A DNA stretch of 54,538 nt, the filler included, from Squatina squatina (Eukaryota): the NCBI GenBank assembly GCA_031763465.1. It is 3 parts of 3 records of this genome, joined end to end, with 100 filler letters (N's around TTAATTAATTAA, not from the genome) between each part and the next. Parts side by side here need not be neighbours in the genome. Positions count along the whole stretch, not along the records: positions 1 to 20,288 come from JARFOE010000080.1; positions 20,389 to 40,784 come from JARFOE010000005.1; 1 more part is not named here. One strand, written 5' to 3'. Shown here piece after piece: positions 11,818-23,242 of the stretch. Made by a program: the position numbers and the translations under genes. Under the pieces are notes generated by a model that searched no databases, had not been told where the DNA came from, and saw only the letters and a program-made list of their open reading frames with translations. How positions within the stretch are numbered: the first letter of the stretch is position 1; each line of letters begins with the position of its first letter.

Positions 11818-12593
11818 GATAGAGCTATAACGCTATAGGCCCGTTCTGTGACAAACACTGTGAGTGGGGATAGGGCGAGAACACTATAGGCCCATTCTGT
11901 GACAAACACTGTGAGTGGGGATAGGGCGAGAACACTATAGGCCCATTCTGTGACACACGATGTGAGTGGAGATAGGGCGAGAACACTATAGGCCCATTCT
12001 GTAACACACGATGTGAGTGGGGATAGGGCGAGAACACTATAGGCCCATTCTGTGACACACGATGTGAGTGGGGATAGGGCGAGAACACTATAGGCCCATT
12101 CTGTGACACACGATGTGAGTGGAGATAGAGCTATAACGCTATAGGCCCATTTTGTGACACACGATGTGAGTGGAGATAGAGCTATAACACTATAGGCCCA
12201 TTCTGTGACACACACTGTGAGTGGGGATAGGTCTATAACACTCTCGGCCCATTGTGTCACACACACTGGGAGTGGCGATAAAGCTATAACACTATAGGCC
12301 CATTCTGTGTCTAACACTGGGAGTGGGGATAGGGCTATCAGACCACAGGCCCATTCTGTGACACACACTGTGAGTGGGGATAGGGCTATAACACTATAGT
12401 CCCATTCTGTGACACACACTGTGAGTGGGGAAAGGGCTATAACACTATAGGCCCATTCTGTGACACACACTGTGAGTGGGGAAAGGGCTATAACACTATA
12501 GGCCCATTCTGTGACACACACTGTGAATGGGGAAAGGGCTATAACACTATAGGCCCATTCTGTGACACACACTGGGAGTAGGGATAGGGCTAT
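11818..12593. repeat. 51-bp minisatellite
   Basis: Unit GATAGGGCTATAACACTATAGGCCCATTCTGTGACACACACTGTGAGTGGG, about 15 copies; period measured from 11871 to 11922. Confidence 0.95.
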
Positions 12594-12919
12594 TGTAAAA
12601 TTCTGGCAAGAATTCTCCTTTTTCTGCCCACAGTATGGACATTAAGATGGTGGTTTAAGTTTTGCAAGATCAGCCACGGGTCTTGTTAAAACAACCGGGC
12701 ATGTTAAAATGACAGGCTGCTGGACATTGCAGAATTAAGGGGCAGACAGACAGGCTCCAGTAAATCCACAAAAGCTTTTATTGAACTTTGAACATCCAAC
12801 AGTGACTTCCAACAGAAACNNNNNNNNNNNNNNNNNNNNNNNNNNNNNNNNNNNNNNNNNNNNNNNNNNNNNNNNNNNNNNNNNNNNNNNNNNNNNNNNN
12901 NNNNNNNNNNNNNNNNNNN

Positions 12920-13185
12920 GTCTTTTGGATGTTAAACAGAGGCCCCATCTGCCTGTTCACGTGATGTAAAAGATCCCATGGTACTAGTCAAAGACGTGCA
13001 AGTAGTTCTCCCAGTGTCCAGGACAACATTCCTTCCTCAACCAAGACCATTACTCTCTATGGGACCTTGCTGTGTGCAAATGAGTTACTGTATTTGCCTG
13101 CAGCACAGTGACTGCACCTCGACAGTAATGGTTGTAGAGCTTTTTGGACGACACAAAGAGTGCTGTATAAATGAAAATTCTTTGC
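12920..13185 (+). mobile_element. Diverged SacSINE1-like SINE
   Basis: gtcttttggatgttaaacagaggccccatctgcc...taaaagatcccatgg...tgctgtataaatg. Confidence 0.7.
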
Positions 13186-14439
13186 TCAAGGTCCCTCTTC
13201 ATGTAACTCGCAGTTTATGTTAATACTGCTGTTTACCTGCTGCTTTCATGTGTTCACTGTTACATATCTTGCCACTAATTTATGAATGTTTAACAAATGA
13301 CTTGCTGTCAATTTGGCAACAGGCAGCAACGAATAACACTGGTAGTTAGGAGGATTCACAGATAAACAAAGGTGCTATACACACGTTTCCAGCCACCGAG
13401 GTGTGGAAATGGAACTGAACTTGAGACATTATGTTATAAATGGAGTTATTGCAACTACCAATGCAATGTTAGGCATCAGCAACCGATCACATTGCAAAGG
13501 TGCAATCGCGTAACCAAACAGAAGCTAGACTTGTTAAGCCAGCAATTACCTGTACATACTGTCCCTTTTTATATCTATTGTATGACAAATGAAACTTCTC
13601 AATCGATGTAATTATCCAAATTAAAAGTATTTTACCAGATGCTGCCTTCGTTGATGTGGTTTTAATATTTTCCATCTATTTGTCTATCTAATAGTCTTAT
13701 GACACAGACTTTTCCCGTCAACTGTCTACATTATGATCTCCTTCTAGTGGGGACACCGCAGCACCACCACTGGAGCAAAGGTGTAATTACAACATGATGT
13801 TTACATGGGCAGTTTCTGTAATAAATATGGACATAGGAATTTATATCAGAAAGAGTCTGTGGGACAACTGTCCCAATTTTGGCACATGTCCCCAGGTGTT
13901 GGTGAAGAGGACTTTGCAACATTAACCAATTACCAGGCCTGGGACCAGACAATGACTGTAAAACAGGAGACAGCAGGTCCTGAAGTTGCTGGCCTTGAGA
14001 AAAAGCAAGAGCCAGGTAAGATGGAGGAACAGCGCTTGTCCTTTGTTGTAGACTGATGACTGATCATCCATAAAGGTATGGCATCTGGAGGACAGTCAAT
14101 CACACCTTGTCCATCAAGGATAGGGATGTGGAATGGACTGACTCTTTCCTTTGTCTGAAAGATACTCAACACCCTATTGCTCACCCNNNNNNNNNNNNNN
14201 NNNNNNNNNNNNNNNNNNNNNNNNNNNNNNNNNNNNNNNNNNNNNNNNNNNNNNNNNNNNNNNNNNNNNNNNNNNNNNNNNNNNNNGGCGTACTCCTGAT
14301 CCTATATTCCTAAGTTCTTATTCAATGTCCAGAGGCACAGTATCCAGCAACATTTAACAGTTAATGTACAAGAGCAGCAACTGTGGAGGTTTTTTGCCCC
14401 TCCATAGAACACAGGTGTTGATATCCATTGTAAGAAACC

Positions 14440-14854
14440 AACATAGGAACAGTAGGAGGCCATTCGGCCCGTCGGGCATGTTCCACCATTCAGTGAGATC
14501 ATGGCTGATCTGGATCCTAACTCCATCCATCCGCCTCAATTCAGTAACCCTTAATACCCCGTGCCTAACAAAAATCTAGCAATCTCTGCTTTGCAATTTC
14601 CAATTGGCCCTCAGCCTCAACAGCTTTATGAGGAAAGAGTTCCAGATTTCCACTAACCTTTCTGCGAAGAAGTGCTTCCTAATATCACCCCTGAACGGCC
14701 TAGCTTTAGTTTTAAGGTCATGCCCCCTTGTTCCGGACAACCCCCACCAGAGGAAATAGTTTCTCTCCATCTACCCTTTCATCATCTCAAACACCTCAGT
14801 TAGCTCAGCCCTTAACCTTCTATACTCCAGGGAATACAAGCCTAGTCTGGGCAA
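14440..14854 (-). mobile_element. CR1 3' end
   Basis: RLGLYSLEYRRLR...RKHFFAERLVEIWNS plus 3' UTR. Confidence 0.85.
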
Positions 14855-15116
14855 NNNNNNNNNNNNNNNNNNNNNNNNNNNNNNNNNNNNNNNNNNNNNN
14901 NNNNNNNNNNNNNNNNNNNNNNNNNNNNNNNNNNNNNNNNNNNNNNNNNNNNNNCTCATCCAACAATAATCTATGGATCTAGCCACATACCTGGAGTTTA
15001 AACTCATAATCTGGACTGACGCTCCGGACTGGTGTTGAGGGAGGAGCCATGCTTTGGGACACACAACTATCTGTGGCTGTGTCTGCCTCTTCTTGCTGGT
15101 CAGCTGGATAAGGCAT

Positions 15117-15178
15117 CAGCTGTGGCTCAGTGGGTAGTACTCATGCCTCTGAGTCAGAAGGTGTGGGTTCAAGTCCAG
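15117..15178 (+). mobile_element. SINE tRNA-derived head (A/B boxes)
   Basis: tggctcagtggg (A box) ... gggttcaagtcc (B box); same head as at 29052. Confidence 0.7.
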
Positions 15179-15610
15179 TGATTAAGCTCCATACGAACCA
15201 TCTCACCCCATCAACACATCCTTCTATCCCTTTCTCCCAGCTTCCCCTCAAATGTATCTCTGCTATTCACCTCAAACTCTCCATGTAGTAGCTTCAAAAA
15301 AAGTTCTTGAAGACCAGTGCTGCAACTTGCAATCTCTCCCAGCAGCTTAGCAAAGAGCTCCTATACTGAAAAATAACTGCTAGTTTCTGGTTGGGGCACA
15401 GAACAAGATTTAATGTTTGTGAGTCTCTCACCTTTTCCAGCTCTTCCTAGGAGAGCTGTGACACTAACCATCAAAGCACAGTACAAGCCCCCGCCTCACC
15501 TCAACAAATCTAATGATGGTTTCGAAAAATCTAATCCACTCATTACGGCGTTACTCCGAATAATGCACTACCAATGTACAACCTTCCTGGGGATTGTAAA
15601 ATCCTAATGG

Positions 15611-15653
15611 GTTACCTTGGTAACTGCTTGAAGCTGTCGGTTGCCATGGTGAA
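15611..15653. promoter_or_regulatory. Pair of RFX X-box motifs
   Basis: GTTACCTTGGTAAC (15611-15624) and GTTGCCATGGTGAA (15640-15653) in repeat-free sequence. Confidence 0.45.
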
Positions 15654-16227
15654 TGAGGTTCATAATTGAATCAGTAGCCCCTGGCGTGTCAAAATCATCA
15701 GCAAAGGCAGCATGCACGTTGACTTTAGTTGCATTTAGCCTGAATACAACAAAAAAGCAGAGCGTATGCAATTTAAAGTTTCAAAATAGAGAGAGAAAAA
15801 AATCTATATTCCTTTTTGAATCACGACAATAAAGGCAACATAAAAAAAATGAAAAGATTGTTAATGAATGCACCTGATGTGGTTCAGAGAACAAAACCAC
15901 AGGGAAAACTGTGATCCAGCACTCCCAGCAGGGAACAGCACTCTGGGGAAAGCCTGGCACTGCAGCCAGGGGTTTTGTGTGGATTTAAATGGAAAATTGC
16001 AGGCACTCCAGACAACATGCTCCCCCATTGGGAGCAGTGGATCATGCGATCAACCCCCTCACCACTGCTAGTTATTGATCCGGATGCCAGCCAATCTATC
16101 CTGGCCGGCTATTACAGAATAAGGAATNNNNNNNNNNNNNNNNNNNNNNNNNNNNNNNNNNNNNNNNNNNNNNNNNNNNNNNNNNNNNNNNNNNNNNNNN
16201 NNNNNNNNNNNNNNNNNNNNNNNNNNN

Positions 16228-16727
16228 CATTGTCGGAGGGGCAGTACTGAGGGAACGCCGCACTGTCGGAGGGGCGATACTGAGGCAGCGCTGCACTGTT
16301 TTGAGGGGCAGTACTGAGGGAGCGCTGCACTGGCGGAGGGGCAGTACTGAGGGAGCGCTGCACTATCCGAGGCTCAGTAATGAGGGAGTGCTGCACTGTC
16401 GGAGGTGCCGTCTTTCAGATTAGACGTTATACCGAGGTCCCGTCTACCCTCTCGGGTGGCCGTAAAAGATTGCATGGCACTATTCAAAGAATAGCAGGGA
16501 CAGTTCTCCCCGGTGTCCTGGGGCCAATATTTATCCCTCACTCATCATCACTAAAATAAATTATCTGGTCATTATCATATCGCTGTTTGTGGGAGCTTGC
16601 TGTGCCCAATTGGTTGCCGCATTTCCTACATTACAACAGTGACTACACATCAATAGTATTTGATTGGTTGTAAAGCGCTGTGGGTTGTCCTGAGGCGTTG
16701 TATAAATGCTAATCTTCTTTCTTTCTC
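16228..16727 (+). mobile_element. SacSINE1-like (tRNA/Deu-domain) SINE with an internally amplified 33-bp unit
   Basis: About five copies of CACTGTCGGAGGGGCAGTACTGAGGGAGCGCTG, then the Deu-type body (gtttgtgggagcttgctgtg...cctacattacaacagtgactacac) and the tail tataaatgctaatcttctttcttt. Confidence 0.8.
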
Positions 16728-16730
16728 CAG

Positions 16731-17425
16731 ACATCCTGAAGGAGCTGGATGAATATTACGAGAAGCACAAGAGGGAGACGGATGTGGTTCAGCGCAGGCG
16801 GATCCTCCATTACATCCAACGGGCTCTGATCCGGAGCCAGGAGCTGGGCGATGAGAAGATCCAGATCGTGAACCAGATGGTGGAGCTGGTGGAGAACCGA
16901 AGTCGGCAGGTGGACAGCCACGTCGAGCTCTTCGAAAATTGCGCGGAGAGCAACGATGCCAACAACAAGTCCTCGCTGGATAGGTCCAGGAGCGAGGGCG
17001 CCGTGCCGGTGGAGAAGCCCAGCGCCAAGAGGTCCAGGAGGCAGCGGAACAACGAGAACCGGGAGAATGCGTCCAGCAATCACGACCATGAGGAGGCCAG
17101 TGCCGGAACGCCGAAGGAGAAGAAGGCGAAGACCTCCAAGAAGAAGAAGCGATCTAAAGCCAAGGCGGAGAGGGAAGCGTCTCCCGCGGACCTGCCCATT
17201 GACCCCAACGAGCCCACTTACTGCCTGTGCAACCAGGTCTCTTACGGCGAGATGATTGGATGTGACAATGACGAGTGCCCCATCGAATGGTTCCACTTCT
17301 CCTGCGTGAGTCTGAACCACAAGCCCAAGGGCAAATGGTACTGTCCCAAATGCAGGGGAGAGAATGAGAAAACCATGGACAAAGCGCTGGAGAAATCCAA
17401 AAAGGAAAGGGCTTACACCAGGTAG
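16731..17425 (+). CDS. ING1: Inhibitor of growth protein 1, terminal coding exon (end of ING domain, NLS, PHD finger)
   Basis: Acceptor ctttctccag| ends at 16730 (phase 1). The translation [10 protein letters not shown]...[16 protein letters not shown]...[13 protein letters not shown]...[38 protein letters not shown]...[29 protein letters not shown] is near-identical to vertebrate ING1. Exon 1 was not found in the window. Confidence 0.97.
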
Positions 17426-17592
17426 TTCAAGCACCAGCCTTCCGCGATCTGTACAGCAACACAAATTAATGTATATTTATTCTTAAAACGTTTGCATCTT
17501 TAGGGGAAAGGGCGATTGGAGTGTCTTTTAAAGGAGCCATTCCTTCTGGAGACCAGTTATTTTAAATTTTTTTTTGCAAGTAACGAGGGTGG

Positions 17593-17660
17593 AATAAAAG
17601 AGCCCCAGTTTTTAAGTCTCATGTCCAGCTCGTGGACTTCTTTTTGTTTTGTAAAATAAA
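17593..17660 (+). promoter_or_regulatory. Candidate ING1 polyadenylation signals
   Basis: AATAAA at 17593-17598 and 17655-17660 in the AU-rich 3' UTR, with a T/GT-rich stretch after the first. Confidence 0.5.
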
Positions 17661-18081
17661 ACACACTTTCTTGGGAAAATGATAAAAATGTCATTGTTCA
17701 TTTATTAACAACACTTCATCCCACCTGAACAAAAAAAATAAAGAGGAATTGGTTTTATTAAAATATTTATCAGAAATAGCTACATTTTTTTAGTTTCTCA
17801 GACGCTGTATAAATGTACAGATGCGAGNNNNNNNNNNNNNNNNNNNNNNNNNNNNNNNNNNNNNNNNNNNNNNNNNNNNNNNNNNNNNNNNNNNNNNNNN
17901 NNNNNNNNNNNNNNNNNNNNNNNNNNNAGTTTTAAGTGTACTTACAAAAGATGAGCAATCTTTGGTGCTTTCCTTATTCACACGATTACAATGTTCATGG
18001 GATGACGGTACAAATGTAAAAAAAATTATTTTAATGAGTCTCAGGGAATGGATTAAAATGCCTATGGCACAAAGTGCTTAC

Positions 18082-18326
18082 CGTCAGTTCTGGACTTCTT
18101 GATTCTGCCGAGCTCAGATTCCTCGTGGCTTCGCTTGCGGTTGGTTCCCATGTAGCCATTTAGGCCATCCGTGATCAAGTTACCCCGGTAAAGACCGCTG
18201 GCGATGCCATTGGTGTAGAAACCATTCAGCTGATGGTTCTGCACACTGCACAGGAACTGGGAGCATTCACGGAACCCTTGAGCAAGAGCAAGCTCGGCTG
18301 CTGTCAAGCCATTAGCATTCCTTAAA
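18082..18326 (-). CDS. ANKRD10: Ankyrin repeat domain 10, internal exon
   Basis: Minus-strand acceptor ttcctttgtgcag| and donor G|gtaagc bound a 245-bp phase 2-1 exon. It encodes LRNANGLTAAELALAQGFRECSQFL...MGTNRKRSHEESELGRIKKSRTD, matching ANKRD10 (LRNASGLTAADIA...GTNRKR...KKARTE). Syntenic with ING1. Confidence 0.9.
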
Positions 18327-20332
18327 CTGCACAAAGGAACATGGCAACAATTACACTCCACCTTATCACAGCATTTCACACACAGGAAAGATCTGGACAT
18401 TGTGGGAAAGATTAGTTAGGGCATTTCGTTGAAGGCGATATGAAAAATTGCATTACAATAAATATATAAAAGTAATCTGCTAATAACAGTATTAGAGTAT
18501 TATTGTAGCATTTACACGTTTGATTTTCCTGGGCCGACATTAGCTTCACTTGATTTGAAAATATTATAGTCAAGCTTGGGAATCTGAAGCACGTTTAAGC
18601 AGAAGTAGCGAATCACTAGCAGAATTATATATATTTTTTTCAAGAAATTTCACACAAAACTGCTGCACTTTGTTTTAGTGTCCTCACATATATCAAATAT
18701 TTGTTATTGATCTTTCATAATGTTTAAATGGATTCAGGTTAACTTTAAAACTCTCGGCAATTCACTTCTCCCTGGGCTGGTCATTTTGCTTTGCAAAATG
18801 GCAGCTCACACCAGTGATACAGATTAGTTCCTCAGCTCCAATACAGCAACTGCTTTAATGAAACATATATTTTAAACCACTTCTAAATGAAGTGCTTTAA
18901 ACAATTCTCCATTGTCTCTTGGCCGCTTGCTTGCCTATCATTTTTTTCTGCTAGATTTATTTTTCCTGTATCTTGTCTAGGAATGTGGAAGAAAACTCAT
19001 AATACGTGTATCAAGTTTATTGACTCTTTTAATGTACTACTAGTGCAGCCAATGACACAAGATGAATGGACCTGGTTAATAATGTGCCCTTACTATAAAC
19101 TGCAAAATGTGTGGCTCCTAAACAAGATGTGTTCAGAGGGCCAAGTGTATTTTCCAGACATACTATGGGATGTAACACCACTAATTAAAGTTACCTCATT
19201 ATAAATTGTGTGTGGATGCCTGGGTCTCTCATACTTTTAAACGGAAATATCTTGCTGAATTGGATTTGCTGTCCCCAGAGGTAGCCAGTCTGGTTGTTGT
19301 CAGACGAGGTGATATCAAGAGGTCCGTCACTGCATAAATTATGTTACTTACCATCCTCGTGTTTTTCCATACAAAGCCCCATCCAGAAGCTTGCATGGGA
19401 TTGCTTGATTAGTGTCAACAGATTTCAGAACATGCACAGCCCCAGTTGGCTTCACATTGCTGTTGGAGCACTACCTTCAAGAGCCTCAGCATGGGATCAA
19501 TAGATGATAGTTTCCAGGCTATCAGAGTGCAAATCTTTGAAGAACTGTCGCATTCGTTGGATATCTTCAAATTAGAAATGCTATATTTTAAATAAAGATT
19601 GAAAAGGCTTCTGAATTGAAAAAAAAACTTTAGATTTAATTCGAGATATTGCTTGTTTTTAACAATCTGTACCATCCTATACTCATCAAATGACAAGATA
19701 ATGAATAACACTCTGTCTGGGGGAAGTGACAGAAAACGATCAATAAAGGATGTAAATTGGAGATTAACTTGGTAGAATTCCTGTTTAATTCAAAGCACTC
19801 CTGACATAAAAGCTTACATTTCTCAATTAAGGTTTCTTTGACATGAAGGCATTTGAACAAGATGTTGAGGTGCATTGCCATTGGTAGCATTGATTTACAC
19901 AAGGTTTAGGATTGTTCAGAACTCTATATTTTCCATGAAAGTAGAATGCAATCCTTATATCTGGAGCGCCAGCTGTTTCATGGTTTTTACATTTCTGCAG
20001 AAACTGATCAGTTAGGAAGCACAGTGAGTATGAGCACAATGATTCTCCCCTCAGTTAACTCTTGGGCAAGAACTCTACCCACATCTGTACCCAGACATGC
20101 ACATAGCTCTCTCATGGACAATACTGCTGTAGCTTTAGCCAGGCAGGAGTCAGGCAATGGATGTGTTCGCTTGGAACCCAGACTGCAGCTACAGGTCTGA
20201 AACTGGTAGTTGCAGTGATAGTGCACCTTAAGATGTTGACATAACTTAAGAGATCATTTTACCAGATTCCGGTGCCACTGTGTCAAAGNNNNNNNNNNNN
20301 NNNNNNNNNNNNNNNNNNNNNNNNNNNNNNNN

Positions 20333-20344
20333 TTAATTAATTAA
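20333..20344. other. Artificial scaffold linker
   Basis: TTAATTAATTAA (stops in all six frames) centred in 44 N + 44 N; gene context changes across it. Confidence 0.95.
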
Positions 20345-21392
20345 NNNNNNNNNNNNNNNNNNNNNNNNNNNNNNNNNNNNNNNNNNNNGGCCATTCGGCC
20401 CCTCGAGCCTGCTCCGCCATTCAATAAGATCACGGCTGATCTTCTACCTCGATTCCACCTAAGTGAGTGTTCGGTATATCGAGGGCAGAGTAAAGAAAGT
20501 GCAGTGCTATTTAATCAAGGTATGTACACCAAGATATGAACACGAGTTTTGGTCATTCACAGGTCATGTTCAACTGAACACTGTGTTTAAGAAACAACTT
20601 ATTCAAACTTACTGTAAAAAATACATTTTCAAAAGAGGACCCGCAGCTCATAACGGCAAAATGTTAGTTGAGTGCCCAGCCCCCGACACCTCTGTATTAG
20701 CATACTCCTGCTCCATGTCCTTACCTGAAACCCATGCTTTCCTCTCCACCACGTGGTATCTTCTTTGGGAGGCATGTCAATAACAGACACTATATCTCCA
20801 ACCTAGAAAACAGAGCAGAAACAGGGCTTCCTTCAGTTACCTTCTTGCTGCTTCCCCTGGCACATGAATACACTCGTCTCCTCCCAGCAACCAGAGTCTC
20901 TTCACGTCGATACTTAATGTGCGGTGGATGCAGTCAAATAACAAAGACAAGGAAAATCAAACACATCTGTACAACTGTGACAAATCCCACTCTTAGCACA
21001 TGGTGCAAAACTCCTGGTACGTTGGCTGTACACAGTCCAAGAACTGTGATTGGTCCTGGGTACACGACATTGACAGGGCAGAAGAATCACAAGGGAGCCT
21101 GAAGAGTATCTGCAGCCAGTGCAATTAAAGCAGTTTCTTTTCTCTGCAAACCAATTTGAGACAGGCAGACCAGAGTCTGGTGGTGCACAGTTGGCCTGCT
21201 TGAATGAGAGAGTGTTTTTATAATCGTGGTGTGTTGGTGGCAGTCCCAGTATTCCCATTACCAGCAGAGTGTGAGTAAGAGGAAACAAGTTCNNNNNNNN
21301 NNNNNNNNNNNNNNNNNNNNNNNNNNNNNNNNNNNNNNNNNNNNNNNNNNNNNNNNNNNNNNNNNNNNNNNNNNNNNNNNNNNNNNNNNNNN

Positions 21393-22120
21393 ATCTGATG
21401 TCAGGAAGCACATCTTCACAATAAGGGTAGTGGAAATCTGGAACTCTCCCCCAAAAAGCTGGGGATCAATTGAAAATTTCTAATTGAGGTTGATCAATTT
21501 TTGCTCGGTAAGGTTATGGAACCAAGACAGATAAATGGAGTTAAGACACAGATCAGCCATGATCTAATTGAATGGCGGAACAGGCTCGGGGGCTGAATGA
21601 CCGACTCCTGTACCTATATTTCTTTCTCCTTACAGCAGGGAAGGTTAAGGGGAGATTTAATAGAGGCGTTCAAAAACATGAAGGGTTTTGATACAGCAAA
21701 TAAGAAGAAACTACTTCCAGTGGCAGAAGGGTCAGTAACCAGAGGGCCCAGGGTTAAGGTATTTTCCAAAAGAACCAGAGGGAGGAGATGAGGAGAATGT
21801 TTTCACACAGCCAGTTGTTGTGATCGGGAACGCGCTGCCTGAAAGGGTGGTGAAAGCAGATTCAATAGTCACTTTCAAAAGGGAATTGGATCAATACTTG
21901 TAAATGAGAAATTTGCAGGCCAATGGGGAAAGGGCAGGAGCGTGGGACTAGTTGGGTAGCTCTTTCAAAGAGCCAGCACAGGCACAGTGGGACAAATAGC
22001 CTCCTTCTATGTGATATCATTCTATTAATCTATAGGTGTTAAGGGTTACGGAACCAAGGCGGGTAAATGGAGTTAAGACACAGATCAGCCATGATGTAAC
22101 TGAAAGGTGAAATAGGCTCA
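21393..22120 (+). mobile_element. Cluster of CR1 3' fragments
   Basis: RKHIFTIRVVEIWNS and RLRGDLIEAFKNMKG, plus CR1 3' UTR (cagatcagccatgatctaattgaatggcggaacaggctc). Confidence 0.85.
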
Positions 22121-22185
22121 GTGCTGCACTTTTTAATGCCTGCTCTGTGGCATTACACCGCAGGGCACAGAAGCAGAGTACATAC

Positions 22186-22278
22186 CTCCATCCACGTGAG
22201 AGCAGGCCCACAGTTGATCTTGTTATCTGCTATGACAGTGAGCCTGGCAAGATACGCCATCAGCATCTGGGTAACGGC
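22186..22278 (-). CDS. ARHGAP32: Rho GTPase-activating protein 32 (PX-RICS) exon, end of PX domain
   Basis: tttctttcacag| ... |gtatgt; 93 bp, phase 0-0; encodes AVTQMLMAYLARLTVIADNKINCGPALTWME. Confidence 0.92.
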
Positions 22279-23104
22279 CTGTGAAAGAAAAACGATTGTT
22301 AAAGCAGACACCCCTGAAACCGGCACATGATGGTAAACTCCTCCCAAACACTAGCAATGCAAAGAAAGTCAGTTAAATCCATCTCTCTGCCCCCAGGTGG
22401 CAAAGAGGAAGAGAGATAGCTAACCCCAGGAAAGGTAAGCTTAGCAATTGTAAATATATCGCTCCTCTCAAACACTTCACTTAGTGAAAAGGATGTTTCT
22501 CCACCCTTGGAATGGGCTTCAGCATTCACTAAACGTAATGAATTCTCCAACAACTATATTAGGGCAGGCCCGACACCCAAACTGGTGAAAGGAGGACTCA
22601 AAGGAACTATAAGACAGGAACAGAGAGCATGGATCGGAGCTGGGGCAAGAACTGAGGGCACTAATTGANNNNNNNNNNNNNNNNNNNNNNNNNNNNNNNN
22701 NNNNNNNNNNNNNNNNNNNNNNNNNNNNNNNNNNNNNNNNNNNNNNNNNNNNNNNNNNNNNNNNNNNNCAGAGAGCAAGACCTGCCATAAACAAGGATGA
22801 GCAAGGATGGGGGGGCAAATAGATGCGGGTTGGGAGGTGAGAATGGGACTAAAGTGAGGGGTGGGTCTTCAGTTATGCTCCTAAAACACATTTGTAGCCT
22901 TGGCTGAGTTGAAGCAGTAGGAGGGGAGCTGTCTCCCGCAATCTCTCTCCTGCAGTTTGAAAACTGCCACTAATGCTACTCCACATGTGCACTGTAAGGT
23001 TCATGAGCAACATGACTCCAGCTGTTTCCTTTCCTATCTCCAAATAAGAACGGTGATTTCCTGCACTGCCCACACACGGGGCAGTGTGTAGCTGGGCACC
23101 GTAC

Positions 23105-23242
23105 CTCCGCACTGTCCTTCAGCCAGTCTGTACGTGGCAGCTCAGCCAGCTGGGAAAAACGCCGGTCGTAAATGCAGAGATGGAGGTGTTTGTCCAGCAC
23201 CCGGAAATCTTCATAACTCCTCTTCACAATCCAACTCCTGCC
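23105..23242 (-). CDS. ARHGAP32: ARHGAP32 exon, PX domain
   Basis: ctcctctatccgcag| ... |gtacgg; 138 bp, phase 0-0; encodes GRSWIVKRSYEDFRVLDKHLHLCIYDRRFSQLAELPRTDWLKDSAE, which splices in frame to the 22186-22278 exon. Confidence 0.93.

Noticed and set aside
11880-12560. ACACTATAGG resembling T7/SP6 promoter ends
   Set aside because: Only a 9-10 bp match inside the satellite unit; the upstream promoter bases are absent.
10905-12593. Regular arrays as CRISPR
   Set aside because: Head-to-tail tandem units with no unique spacers, no cas genes and a vertebrate context.
15117-15178. tRNA gene (also 29052-29115)
   Set aside because: A/B boxes belong to the SINE head; there is no complete cloverleaf, and the 29 kb copy continues into SINE body.
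16706-16730. MLIFFLSP as the ING1 N-terminus
   Set aside because: Intronic SINE tail and acceptor read in frame; the real start is in an upstream exon not seen here.
16709-17464. 251-aa antisense ORF over ING1
   Set aside because: Shadow ORF caused by GC3-rich codon usage of the ING1 exon; it has the same extent and no independent signals.
18062-18400. 112-aa ORF as a complete gene
   Set aside because: An ANKRD10 internal exon with intronic read-through on both sides.
20289-23242. Novel ANKRD10-ARHGAP32 linkage
   Set aside because: The two genes are separated by the artificial linker.
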